Positions 9,758-19,796 of a stretch of 27,935 nt of DNA are shown here, piece by piece (position 1 is the first letter of the stretch; the number at the start of each line of letters is the position of its first letter). The position numbers and the translations under genes were made by a program. This DNA is from Candidatus Sericytochromatia bacterium (GTDB lineage Bacteria; Cyanobacteriota; Sericytochromatia; S15B-MN24; UBA4093), in assembly GCA_036676985.1 (NCBI GenBank), contig JAKFBU010000066.1, forward strand, positions 1 to 27,935. The letters are read 5' to 3'. The notes beneath the pieces are model-generated. The model did no database searches. It saw only the letters and a program-made list of their open reading frames with translations, and was not told where the DNA came from.

Positions 9758-10932
9758 TGACGACCGTCGCCGACTGGATGCAGCAGGCCCTCGAGTGCCT
9801 GGACCGTCAAGATGCCTCCGGGGCGGAGGCGGCCTTGCAGGGTGCGTTGACGGCCGCGCCCGGGGATCTCACGGCCGTCCTGGACATGAGCGAGGCCCTG
9901 CTCGACGAAGGTCGCCTGGACGATGCGTTGTGGCTGCTCGAGCACGTCCGCCTCCTGCACCCCAACAGCCTCGACATCTTGCACAACCTGGCCTTTGCCC
10001 TCATCGAGGCCGAAGAGCTGGAGCGGGCCGCCGATTGCGTGGAGCTGGCCTTCGCCCTCGACCCCGAGCACGTGGATGGCCACAACAACCTGGGCCTGTT
10101 GCGGGAGGCCGAGGGGGACATGGAGGCGGCCGTCGCAGCCTTCGAGGCGGCGATCGCCCGGGAGCCGGACCATCCCTTCGCCCTGCCGAACCTCTTGCGC
10201 GTGCTCGAGAGCACGGGCGACACGGAGGCCCTCGTCGAGCAGCTTCGCTGGGCGCTGGATCGCCAGCCGGACGAAACGGCCCTTCGTGCGTGGCTCGCCC
10301 ATGCCCTCCTGGAGCAGGGCGAGGCGAAGCTCGCCATCCATGAGCTCAAGCGCCTCCTGCGGACGGCTCCGGACGACGCGAACGCCTACGGGGCCCTTGG
10401 CATGGCCTACCGCGAGGAGAAGCGCTGGGCGCAGGCCATCGAGAGCTTCCAGACGGCGGTGGACCTGGATCCGGAGCAGGAGACGGCGTGGTTCTACCTG
10501 GCCGTCTCGCACGTGGACCAGGGCCAGCCGGAGGTCGCCATCCGCACCTACCGCGAGCTCTTGGCCCGCTGGCCCCACGATGCGGACTCCCACAACAACC
10601 TGGGCTTCCTGCTGCTCGAGCGCGGCGAGGTCTCCGAGGCCCTCTGGGAGTTCCAGCAGGCCCTCAGGATCAACCCGATGCTCGTCAAGGCGCACCTCAA
10701 CCTCGGGGAGGCCCTGCGTCTCAAGGGCGAGGTGGATGGGGCGATCGCCCACCTTGAAAAGGCCATCGACCTCTTGCCGAGCGAGGCCTCGGTGCACTTC
10801 AACCTGTCCCTGCTCTTCTTCGAGCTGGGGCGGATCGACCGCGCCCTCGAACACTGCAAGCGCAGCCTGAGCCTCAATCTCGGCGATCCGCAGGCGCAGC
10901 GGCTCATGCGGAAACTGCGCGCCCAACGCTGA
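9757..10932 (+). CDS. Tetratricopeptide repeat protein
   Basis: Tandem ~34-aa repeats (HNNLGLL, AYGALGMAY, HNNLGFLL, AHLNLGEAL, ALxxxP turns). TGATG overlap with the upstream gene. Confidence 0.92.
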   Translation: MTTVADWMQQALECLDRQDASGAEAALQGALTAAPGDLTAVLDMSEALLDEGRLDDALWLLEHVRLLHPNSLDILHNLAFALIEAEELERAADCVELAFALDPEHVDGHNNLGLLREAEGDMEAAVAAFEAAIAREPDHPFALPNLLRVLESTGDTEALVEQLRWALDRQPDETALRAWLAHALLEQGEAKLAIHELKRLLRTAPDDANAYGALGMAYREEKRWAQAIESFQTAVDLDPEQETAWFYLAVSHVDQGQPEVAIRTYRELLARWPHDADSHNNLGFLLLERGEVSEALWEFQQALRINPMLVKAHLNLGEALRLKGEVDGAIAHLEKAIDLLPSEASVHFNLSLLFFELGRIDRALEHCKRSLSLNLGDPQAQRLMRKLRAQR

Positions 10933-10934
10933 GC

Positions 10935-10963
10935 TTGCCGAACGCGCCGGGACCGGTCACAAT
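10935..10963 (+). promoter_or_regulatory. Candidate sigma70-type promoter for the porin-like gene
   Basis: TTGCCG-N17-CACAAT, ending 33 nt before the GTG at 10997. Confidence 0.5.
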
Positions 10964-10996
10964 GCTGGGCGCGTCCTGCCGTCCGGAGAATCGATC

Positions 10997-12277
10997 GTGC
11001 CCAACCTCCTCCCGAACCCGAGCGTCCCTCCGCAGCGCGCAAGGGGCCTCAAGCGCTGGGTCTTGCCGCTTTTGACGGGCGTCCTGTTCGGCGCCTGGCA
11101 GGCGCCTGCGCTTGCCGTGCCGTGGTACTCGGTGTCGGCGCGGGCCGAGATCGGCAACCAGCCTCGCTTCGAGTTCGAGCCGGGCCTTGCGACCCTCACG
11201 GCCCTGGGACTCGCTCAGACCCAGCTGACGGGGCGCCTGCCCCTGGTCGAGCTGCGCGTGGGCGAGGCCGTCACCAAGGACGTGGACATCGTCCTCTCCG
11301 GGGCCCTCCGGCAAGACATCGAGCAGCCCCTCGCCAACCCCGAGCTGTACGACGCCTACCGATCGCGCATCGCCTGGCGCCAGGGTGGCGGCATAGGGCT
11401 CAACCCCCTGTACGTCGCCCAGATCGAGGACGCCTACCTCCAGGTCCGGGATCCCGTGCGGCTCGGCTACCTGCAGGTGGGGCAGTTCCTCGTGCCCTTC
11501 GGCAACACCGACTATGCGGCCGCCTCGCCGCCCGTGGCCCTCGCGCCGGCCGAGACCGTCATGTCCGAGTACCTCTCGAGCGTTGGACCCAGCGTCTACC
11601 AGAGCTCCACCCAGGTCCGGTGGCGCGACATCGGGATGGTGCTCGCGGGCCGCGCCGGGGCCTTTCCCTACACCGTGGGCGTCTTCAACGGCGCGGGCCC
11701 CAACCGGCTCGACGACAACGGCGAGAAGGACTGGTTCGCCCGCCTGGACTGGCAGGCGTCGGACACGGATCTCCTGGGCGTGAGCATGCTCTGGGGCAAG
11801 GACCAGGTCTTTCCGCGCGGCTTCGCCGACCCGGGGACGACCGTCGATCGCCGGCGTTACGGCGTCCACTGGCGCTTCCGGGCGGGCGATGCGGGCTTTC
11901 TCGGGGAGTGGGCGCGCGAGACCCGAGAGGGGCTGGACCCCGCCCCACGTGACGGCTACGTCATGGAGGCCTCGCAGCTCCTCGGGAGTAGCGATCGCTT
12001 CTATCTTTCCTACAGCCAGTACTTCGATCCCAACGCCCAGCCCGGTCGCGGCTACATGATCCGCGAGGCGGCCATCGGCGACGTCCGTCCGATCATGGTC
12101 AATCTCAACTGGCGCATCGAGCTGCGCTACTTCTGGGAGACGTCGGGGGCGCAGAGCGACCAGTACGGCCGCTTCCTCACGGCCGTGGAGGCGGCGATCG
12201 GCGGTCCGCCCAAGGCCGAGAACGAGCGCCAGACCTTCCCCGGCTCCAACGTGGAAACCCTCCCGCGCGTGCCCTAG
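10997..12277 (+). CDS. Outer-membrane beta-barrel, OprO/OprP-like porin family
   Basis: Signal peptide ending A-L-A. Motifs IEDAYLQ, QVGQFLVPFG, RDIG and YTVGVFNGAG..DDNGEKD..ARL, with alternating amphipathic strands. Confidence 0.7.
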   Translation: MPNLLPNPSVPPQRARGLKRWVLPLLTGVLFGAWQAPALAVPWYSVSARAEIGNQPRFEFEPGLATLTALGLAQTQLTGRLPLVELRVGEAVTKDVDIVLSGALRQDIEQPLANPELYDAYRSRIAWRQGGGIGLNPLYVAQIEDAYLQVRDPVRLGYLQVGQFLVPFGNTDYAAASPPVALAPAETVMSEYLSSVGPSVYQSSTQVRWRDIGMVLAGRAGAFPYTVGVFNGAGPNRLDDNGEKDWFARLDWQASDTDLLGVSMLWGKDQVFPRGFADPGTTVDRRRYGVHWRFRAGDAGFLGEWARETREGLDPAPRDGYVMEASQLLGSSDRFYLSYSQYFDPNAQPGRGYMIREAAIGDVRPIMVNLNWRIELRYFWETSGAQSDQYGRFLTAVEAAIGGPPKAENERQTFPGSNVETLPRVP

Positions 12278-12306
12278 ACGGCGCCCGGAGGAGGTAGACT
12301 GGTTCC

Positions 12307-12906
12307 ATGCAGACTCGATCGATCAAAGAAGCGAACGTCGTGCTCGCCTCCGCCTCGCCCCGGCGCGCCGAGCTCCTGGCGCAGGTGGGCATCCCCTTCG
12401 TCGTGGACGCGAGCGGCGCGGACGAGACGCCGGAGCCCGACTGGGACCCAGTCGAGCTCGCCACGCGCCTGGCGGCCCGCAAGGCCATGGACGTCGCCAA
12501 TCGCCACCCGAACGCGGACGTGATCCTCGGCGCGGACACCGTGGTGGTGGTCGACAACGAGGTCTTCGGCAAGCCCGTCGACGACGAGCACGCCGTCTCC
12601 ATGCTCAAGCGCCTCTCGGGGCGCGCTCACGCCGTGATCACCGGCTGGAGCCTCGTGGACCCCAAGGGCAGCCGCGCGATCGCCGAGTTCACCAGCAGCC
12701 GCGTCTTCTTTGACGAGCTCGACGAGGAGACGATCCGGCGCTACGTGGCCACCGGCGAGCCCCGGGACAAGGCCGGAGCCTACGCGATCCAGGGCAAGGC
12801 CGGCTTGTTCGTCCAAGCGATCGAAGGAGACTACGCAAACATTGTGGGGCTTCCGATTGCGGCAGTCGGCCGAGCCTTGCGGCAATTCGGTTGGCACGTT
12901 ATATAG
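12307..12906 (+). CDS. maf: Maf nucleoside triphosphate pyrophosphatase
   Basis: VLASASPRRAELL, ILGADTVV, GKP, LSGRAH, DKAGAYAIQG, NIVGLP. Confidence 0.95.
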   Translation: MQTRSIKEANVVLASASPRRAELLAQVGIPFVVDASGADETPEPDWDPVELATRLAARKAMDVANRHPNADVILGADTVVVVDNEVFGKPVDDEHAVSMLKRLSGRAHAVITGWSLVDPKGSRAIAEFTSSRVFFDELDEETIRRYVATGEPRDKAGAYAIQGKAGLFVQAIEGDYANIVGLPIAAVGRALRQFGWHVI

Positions 12907-14722
<1,816 letters not shown>

Positions 14723-14730
14723 GACCCAAC

Positions 14731-15543
14731 GTGAGGCTACTCCAGCGCCTTCCCGCACGTGAAATCGCCTTCGTTCTGGCTTTGGTCGGCGTCACGGCCA
14801 TGGTCGGGTGGCTCGGCGGCCGAACGGCCGTCCTGACAGAAGTCCTGCGTCCCGGCTGGGCGGTCGTCCAGTCGGTGGTGGGCTCCGTGCGGGGAGGCGC
14901 GACCTACTTCCAGGACCTCGACCACCTGCGCCGCGAGAACGCGACGCTCACCGCCAAGCTCGTCGAGGTGGAGGCGGAGCTCTCGCGCCGGCGCGAAGTC
15001 GACGCCGAGAACGTCCGCTTCAGCCAGCTGCTCGGCCTCGCGCAGACCGTGGCCCCCCGGGCCATGGCCGCGCGCGTCATCGGGCGCTCTCCCAACAACT
15101 GGCAGCAGCGCCTGGTCATCGACCGCGGCACCACCGCGGGCATCGGGGTCGACTCCGTGGTGCTCGTGCCTCGCGGGGTGATCGGGCGGGTCCTGACCGT
15201 GAGCCCGAACACCTCGGTGGTCAGCCTGCTCACGGACCCCGGCCAGACGGTCGGCATCATCAACCAGCGCTCCCGCTCGCCCGGCGTGGTCCTGGGCGAG
15301 GGCCAGTCCAACCTCGTCCTGCAGTACCTGCCCCAGCAGGTCGACTACCGCATCGGCGACAACCTGATCACGGCGGGCTATGGCGGCGTCTTTCCCAAGG
15401 GCCTCAACATCGGCAAGGTGGTGCGCGTCGAGAACGAGCCCAACGCCATCACCCCGCGGGTGAGCATCGTCCTGAACGCCGACCTCGATCGGGTCGAGGA
15501 GGTGCTCGTGCTGCCTCCTTTGACCGGTACCGCGAGGCTCTGA
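14731..15543 (+). CDS. mreC: Rod shape-determining protein MreC
   Basis: N-terminal TM, coiled coil (LRRENATL), ARVIGRS, IDRG, GGVFPKGLNIGKV; follows mreB. Confidence 0.93.
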   Translation: MRLLQRLPAREIAFVLALVGVTAMVGWLGGRTAVLTEVLRPGWAVVQSVVGSVRGGATYFQDLDHLRRENATLTAKLVEVEAELSRRREVDAENVRFSQLLGLAQTVAPRAMAARVIGRSPNNWQQRLVIDRGTTAGIGVDSVVLVPRGVIGRVLTVSPNTSVVSLLTDPGQTVGIINQRSRSPGVVLGEGQSNLVLQYLPQQVDYRIGDNLITAGYGGVFPKGLNIGKVVRVENEPNAITPRVSIVLNADLDRVEEVLVLPPLTGTARL

Positions 15544-16046
15544 TGCGCATCCTGCTCGCCTTGGCGGCCCTGGCCCTCGGAGCCTGGCTCCAGGCGTCCC
15601 CCCTGAATGCCCTCCTGCCCGTCCGCCTCGACCCATTGCTCATCATGGTCGTGGCGTGGGGCGTCGGCACGGGCGTGCGCGGTGGCCTGGCCTTCGGGCT
15701 CGCGGCGGGCGCGGTGCAGGACGTGCTCATCGGCGGCGGCCTGCTCATGACCATCCCCAAGCTGCTCGTGGGCTTCGTGGCGGGCTCCATGAAGCCCCTG
15801 CTCTTCTACCGCCAGGCGCTCATCATCATGCCCATGGTCGCCGTCTGCACCTTCCTGCAGGAGGGCATGGTGGCCGCAGGCTTCGCGCTCACGGGCAAGG
15901 CGGCCCTGGTCGCGCAGTTCGCCTCGATCGCGCCGGGTGAGGCGCTCGGCAACTTCCTCATCGCATGGCCCCTCTACCAGGGGGTCCGCTGGGGCCTCAA
16001 GCGCACCCAGGAGCGCTTCGGCCTGCGACCCGAGGCCCTGCCGTGA
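15543..16046 (+). CDS. mreD: Rod shape-determining protein MreD
   Basis: ATG in a TGATG overlap with the mreC stop. 167-aa very hydrophobic protein (GLAFGLAAGAVQDV) between mreC and mrdA. Confidence 0.85.
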   Translation: MRILLALAALALGAWLQASPLNALLPVRLDPLLIMVVAWGVGTGVRGGLAFGLAAGAVQDVLIGGGLLMTIPKLLVGFVAGSMKPLLFYRQALIIMPMVAVCTFLQEGMVAAGFALTGKAALVAQFASIAPGEALGNFLIAWPLYQGVRWGLKRTQERFGLRPEALP

Positions 16047-17884
16047 TGAACGTGCACCGCTTTCGCTTCCAAGCCTTCGCGGGGGCCATCGTCTTGGTGG
16101 CCCTCATCCTCACCAGTCGCCTGGTCTACCTGCAGATCGTGGGCAACGAGGCCTACTCCGAGCGGGCCGACGGCAACCGCCTGCGCATCATCATGCAGCC
16201 CGCGCCGCGCGGGGTGATCCGCGATCGCAACGGCGTCATCCTCGCCACCAGCCGCCTCTCCTACTCCGTGACGCTCTACCCCATCCAGACGACCAAGGAG
16301 CAGACCGACGAGGTCATCAAGCGCCTGGGCAAGCTCCTGAGCATCCCGCCCGACGAGATCCGCGCCAAGTGGAAGAAGATGGGGCAGGTGGCCCGTCCCG
16401 TGCGCATCATGCAGGACGTCGACCCCGAGACGATCCACATCATCGCCGAGAACCAGCGGCACCTGCCGGGTGTCAGCATCGAGCCCATCACGATCCGCTA
16501 TTACCCCAAGGGCAAGTTCCTGTCTCACGTCCTGGGTTACACGGGCGAGATCACGGATCGCGAGTTGACAAAACTCAGTGATCAAGGTTACCGAGCAGGT
16601 GATATAATTGGCAAAACTGGGATCGAGCGGGTCTTCGACGCGGAACTCCGCGGCGAGCCTGGGCGCCAGCAGATCGAGGTGGACGCAAGGGGCAAGCCCA
16701 TGCGGATCCTGGCCTCGGTGCCGCCGGTGCCGGGCAAGGACCTGACGCTCACCATCGACGCCAACCTCCAGCAGGTCGCCGAGAACCATCTCGTCGGCTT
16801 CCACGGCAGCGTCGTGGCCATGGACCCCAACAACGGGGAGGTCCTGGCCCTGGCGTCGGCTCCGAGCTTCGACCCCAACTGGTTCGCGGGCCGGATCTCG
16901 CCGGCCCTGTGGAAGCAGATCAACGACGGGACCGAGCGACCGATGCTGAACCGCGCGATCAGCAGCGTGTACCCGCCGGGCTCGATCTTCAAGGTCGTCA
17001 CCCACGCGGCGGCGATGGAGGGGGGCTACGCCGGGTGGAACTCGTACTTCAACTCGACGGGCATCTACTACCTGCCGGGCAGTGGAAAGGCCTTCCGGGA
17101 CTGGAAGAAGGGCGGCTTCGGGCGCGTCGACTTCAAGCGGGCGCTCGTGATGTCCATCGACACGGTCTACTACGAGTTGAGCCAGCGCATGGGTCGCAAC
17201 GCGGCAGAGAGCGCGGACTACATGGCGCGCTTCGCGCGATCGCTCGGCCTGGGGCGTCCCACGGGCATCCTCTTGCCGCACGAGGCCAAGGGTCTCATCC
17301 CGGACACTCGGTGGAAGCGGGAGCGGTTCAAGGAGAAGTGGTACGCCGGCGAGTCGGTGAACATGTCCATTGGCCAGGGCTACGTCCAGGTCTCGCCCAT
17401 CCAGGCGACGGTGATGTACGCGGCGCTCGCCAACGGCGGCAAGGTCCTGCGCCCCAAGCTGGTGCGGCCGGCAGCCGAGGTCGAGAAGGACGATCCGATG
17501 CCCCCGGACGAGGGCGTTCACCCGCTGCGCTGGAAGGCGGAAACCTGGCGGATGCTCCACGTGGCCCTCGAGGAGACGGTCCGGGCGGGGACGGGCGGAG
17601 CGGCCCAGGTGCCGGGCTTCCCGGCGGCGGGCAAGACGGGCTCCGCCCAGGCGGCCAACGGCGAGAAGTTGAAGACGCACGGCTGGTTCGCCGGCTACGC
17701 GCCCGCCGTGAACCCGAAGATCGCGGTGGTCGCCATGAAGGAGACCGCGGGTCACGGCGGTTCGGTGGCGGCCCCGGTCGCGGGCGCGGTCTTCAAGCGA
17801 TTCTTCGGGGTGCCCGACCCCAAGGCGGCCACGGCCTCGGCCAAGCCCGCCTCGGCATCGGTGGACCCGGCAGAAGGGGATTAG
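16046..17884 (+). CDS. mrdA: Penicillin-binding protein 2 (class B transpeptidase)
   Basis: N-terminal TM, APRGVIRDRNG, RYYP, GKTGIE, and active-site motifs PGSIFK (SxxK), SID (SxN/D) and KTG. ATG in a TGATG overlap. Confidence 0.95.
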   Translation: MNVHRFRFQAFAGAIVLVALILTSRLVYLQIVGNEAYSERADGNRLRIIMQPAPRGVIRDRNGVILATSRLSYSVTLYPIQTTKEQTDEVIKRLGKLLSIPPDEIRAKWKKMGQVARPVRIMQDVDPETIHIIAENQRHLPGVSIEPITIRYYPKGKFLSHVLGYTGEITDRELTKLSDQGYRAGDIIGKTGIERVFDAELRGEPGRQQIEVDARGKPMRILASVPPVPGKDLTLTIDANLQQVAENHLVGFHGSVVAMDPNNGEVLALASAPSFDPNWFAGRISPALWKQINDGTERPMLNRAISSVYPPGSIFKVVTHAAAMEGGYAGWNSYFNSTGIYYLPGSGKAFRDWKKGGFGRVDFKRALVMSIDTVYYELSQRMGRNAAESADYMARFARSLGLGRPTGILLPHEAKGLIPDTRWKRERFKEKWYAGESVNMSIGQGYVQVSPIQATVMYAALANGGKVLRPKLVRPAAEVEKDDPMPPDEGVHPLRWKAETWRMLHVALEETVRAGTGGAAQVPGFPAAGKTGSAQAANGEKLKTHGWFAGYAPAVNPKIAVVAMKETAGHGGSVAAPVAGAVFKRFFGVPDPKAATASAKPASASVDPAEGD

Positions 17885-17894
17885 AGGAGCAATC

Positions 17895-18584
17895 GTGGAG
17901 AGCATCTCGGTAAAAGGTTGGCGAAACGGCGTGTTGGTCGTCGTGCCCCCTGAGGAGGCATGGGACGACGTCGTCTCGCAGATCGAAGGCAAGCTCAAGG
18001 AGGCCTCGGACTTCTGGAAGGGCGCCCAGACCACCCTGGATATGGGCGATCGCCCCGTCACCGAAGGGGACCTGGACAGCCTGCTCGGCCTGATGCGCGG
18101 CGACTACGGCCTGGTGCCGACCGCGGTGGTGGCCACGATCGCCGAGACCCGCGAGGTCGCGGGCAAGCTCGGCCTCACGGCGCACGAGAAGCTGCCCGTG
18201 CCCGAGCGGAAGCCCGGCGAGGAGTCCCAGCGGACCCCCGCCCCCGCCCTGCCCCTCAACAACGCCCTCTACCTGCGCCAGACCATCCGGAGTGGCCAGC
18301 GCATCGAGCACCCCGGTCACCTGGTGATCTGCGGCGACGTGAACGCCGGCGCCGAGGTGGCTGCCACGGGCGACATCGTGGTCTTCGGCACCCTGCGCGG
18401 CCTGGCGCACGCGGGCTCGGCCGGCGACGAGACGGCGCGCATCGTGGCGACCAACCTGCGCCCCACCCAGCTGCGGATCGGCACCAAGATCGCGCGCAGC
18501 CCGGACCAGGGCGCGCCGCCCCTCAGCAAGCACCCCGAGATCGCCTGCGTCGAGAACGGCGAGATCCACATCAACCCGCTCTAG
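17895..18584 (+). CDS. minC: Septum site-determining protein MinC
   Basis: TIRSGQRI, GDVNAGAEVAATGDIVVFGTLRGLAHAG, PTQLRIG. GAGGAG RBS. Confidence 0.95.
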   Translation: MESISVKGWRNGVLVVVPPEEAWDDVVSQIEGKLKEASDFWKGAQTTLDMGDRPVTEGDLDSLLGLMRGDYGLVPTAVVATIAETREVAGKLGLTAHEKLPVPERKPGEESQRTPAPALPLNNALYLRQTIRSGQRIEHPGHLVICGDVNAGAEVAATGDIVVFGTLRGLAHAGSAGDETARIVATNLRPTQLRIGTKIARSPDQGAPPLSKHPEIACVENGEIHINPL

Positions 18585-18645
18585 GGCGGAGGACGCTTTC
18601 TTACACCGGAGCGCGCGCGCTCCTTACTTGGAGGAACCAACGGAC

Positions 18646-19449
18646 ATGTCCAACGGCAGGGTGATCGTCATTACCTCGGGCAAGGGGGGCGTCGGCAAGA
18701 CGACCACCACGGCCAACCTCGGAATGGCGTTGGCGGCCATGGGCGAGAAGGTCGCCCTCTTGGACGCCGACATCGGGCTGCGCAACCTGGACCTGGTGCT
18801 CGGCCTCGAGAACCGCATCGTCTACGACATCGTGGACGTGGTCGAGGAGCGCTGCAAGCTGCGCCAGGCCCTCATCAAGGACAAGCGCCAGCCCAACCTG
18901 GTCCTCCTGCCGGCGGCCCAGACCCGCGACAAGTCGGCGGTCAACCCCGACCAGATGCGCAAGCTCATCGCGGACCTCCAGGAGGAGGGCTACAACTACG
19001 TCCTGATCGACTGCCCCGCGGGCATCGAGCAGGGCTTCAAGAACGCCACCGCGGGCGCCACCGAGGCCATCATCGTCACCAACCCCGAGGTCTCCTCGGT
19101 GCGTGACGCCGACCGCATCGTGGGCCTGCTCGAGGCGGCCGAGCTCCGCAACCCGCAGCTCATCGTCAACCGCCTGCGCCACAAGATGGTCAAGAACCAG
19201 GAGATGATGTCGGTCGAGGACGTGCAGGAGATCCTGAGCATCAAGCTCCTGGGCATCGTGCCGGACGACGAGACGATCATCACCTCGACCAACCGCGGCG
19301 AGCCCGCCTCGTTGGTGGAGGCCTCGCGCGCCGGTCAGGCCTACCGCAACATCGCCCGCCGCATCAAGGGCGAAGACGTTCCCCTCATGAGCCTGGAGGA
19401 GACCTCGGGTTTCTTCGGCAAGCTCAAGAAGCTGTTCGCCGCGGGCTAG
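18646..19449 (+). CDS. minD: Septum site-determining ATPase MinD
   Basis: ITSGKGGVGKTT, DADIGLRNLD, IDCPAGIE, RDADR, and C-terminal amphipathic helix GFFGKLKKLF. ATG 18646 follows GGAGG. Confidence 0.97.
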   Translation: MSNGRVIVITSGKGGVGKTTTTANLGMALAAMGEKVALLDADIGLRNLDLVLGLENRIVYDIVDVVEERCKLRQALIKDKRQPNLVLLPAAQTRDKSAVNPDQMRKLIADLQEEGYNYVLIDCPAGIEQGFKNATAGATEAIIVTNPEVSSVRDADRIVGLLEAAELRNPQLIVNRLRHKMVKNQEMMSVEDVQEILSIKLLGIVPDDETIITSTNRGEPASLVEASRAGQAYRNIARRIKGEDVPLMSLEETSGFFGKLKKLFAAG

Positions 19450-19459
19450 GAGGTTCACG

Positions 19460-19741
19460 ATGGCACTACCGACTTTTCTCGACAAGCTCTTCGGGCGCCA
19501 GAACGACTCGGCCCGCTCCGCGGCCAAGGATCGTCTCAAGCTCGTCCTCATGCACGACCGGGCGGACATCCCGGCGCCCATGATGGAGCAGATGCGCGCG
19601 GAGCTCCTCCAGGTGCTCTCGAAGTACGTGGAAATCGACCAGTCGCTGCTCGAGGTGAGCCTCGAGCGCTCGGAAGGAACGGTCGCCCTCTTGGCGAACA
19701 TCCCCATCCGGCGCGTCCGGCCGGAGACGGCCGAGGCCTAA
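19460..19741 (+). CDS. minE: Cell division topological specificity factor MinE
   Basis: FLDKLF, AKDRLKLVLMHDR, ELLQVLSKYVEID, LLANIPI. AGGAGG RBS. Confidence 0.95.
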   Translation: MALPTFLDKLFGRQNDSARSAAKDRLKLVLMHDRADIPAPMMEQMRAELLQVLSKYVEIDQSLLEVSLERSEGTVALLANIPIRRVRPETAEA

Positions 19742-19752
19742 GCCAAACCCTC

Positions 19753-19784
19753 GCTCCCTGCCGCCCGCGGCAGGGAGCCTTTCT
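19753..19784 (+). terminator. Stem-loop after minE (partial terminator or stabilising hairpin)
   Basis: 11-bp stem gctccctgccg/cggcagggagc with a 4-nt loop, followed by ctttct. Confidence 0.65.
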
Positions 19785-19796
19785 AGGAAGCCCGCG

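Noticed and set aside
12891-12906. Sigma54-like TGGCACG before radC, and TGGCAAC..TTGC near 21607
   Set aside because: Neither has the required GG-N10-GC spacing.
14751-14766. parS-like CACGTGAAA at the start of mreC
   Set aside because: Only one half matches TGTTTCACGTGAAACA and it is not palindromic.
14808-15542. Apparent 245-aa N-terminal extension of MreD
   Set aside because: It overlaps mreC in another frame and is Arg/Pro-rich noise; the real start is the TGATG junction at 15543.
16565-16608. TTGACA and TATAAT as one consensus sigma70 promoter
   Set aside because: They are 32 nt apart rather than 16-18, so they cannot form a single promoter; they are treated separately in the finding.
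15974-18061. Long antisense and alternate-frame ORFs (e.g. 15974-18061 -, 7425-8804 +, 1867-3171 -, 19548-20894 -)
   Set aside because: They are shadows of well-supported genes, expected from high GC3 and few stop codons, and carry no recognisable motifs.
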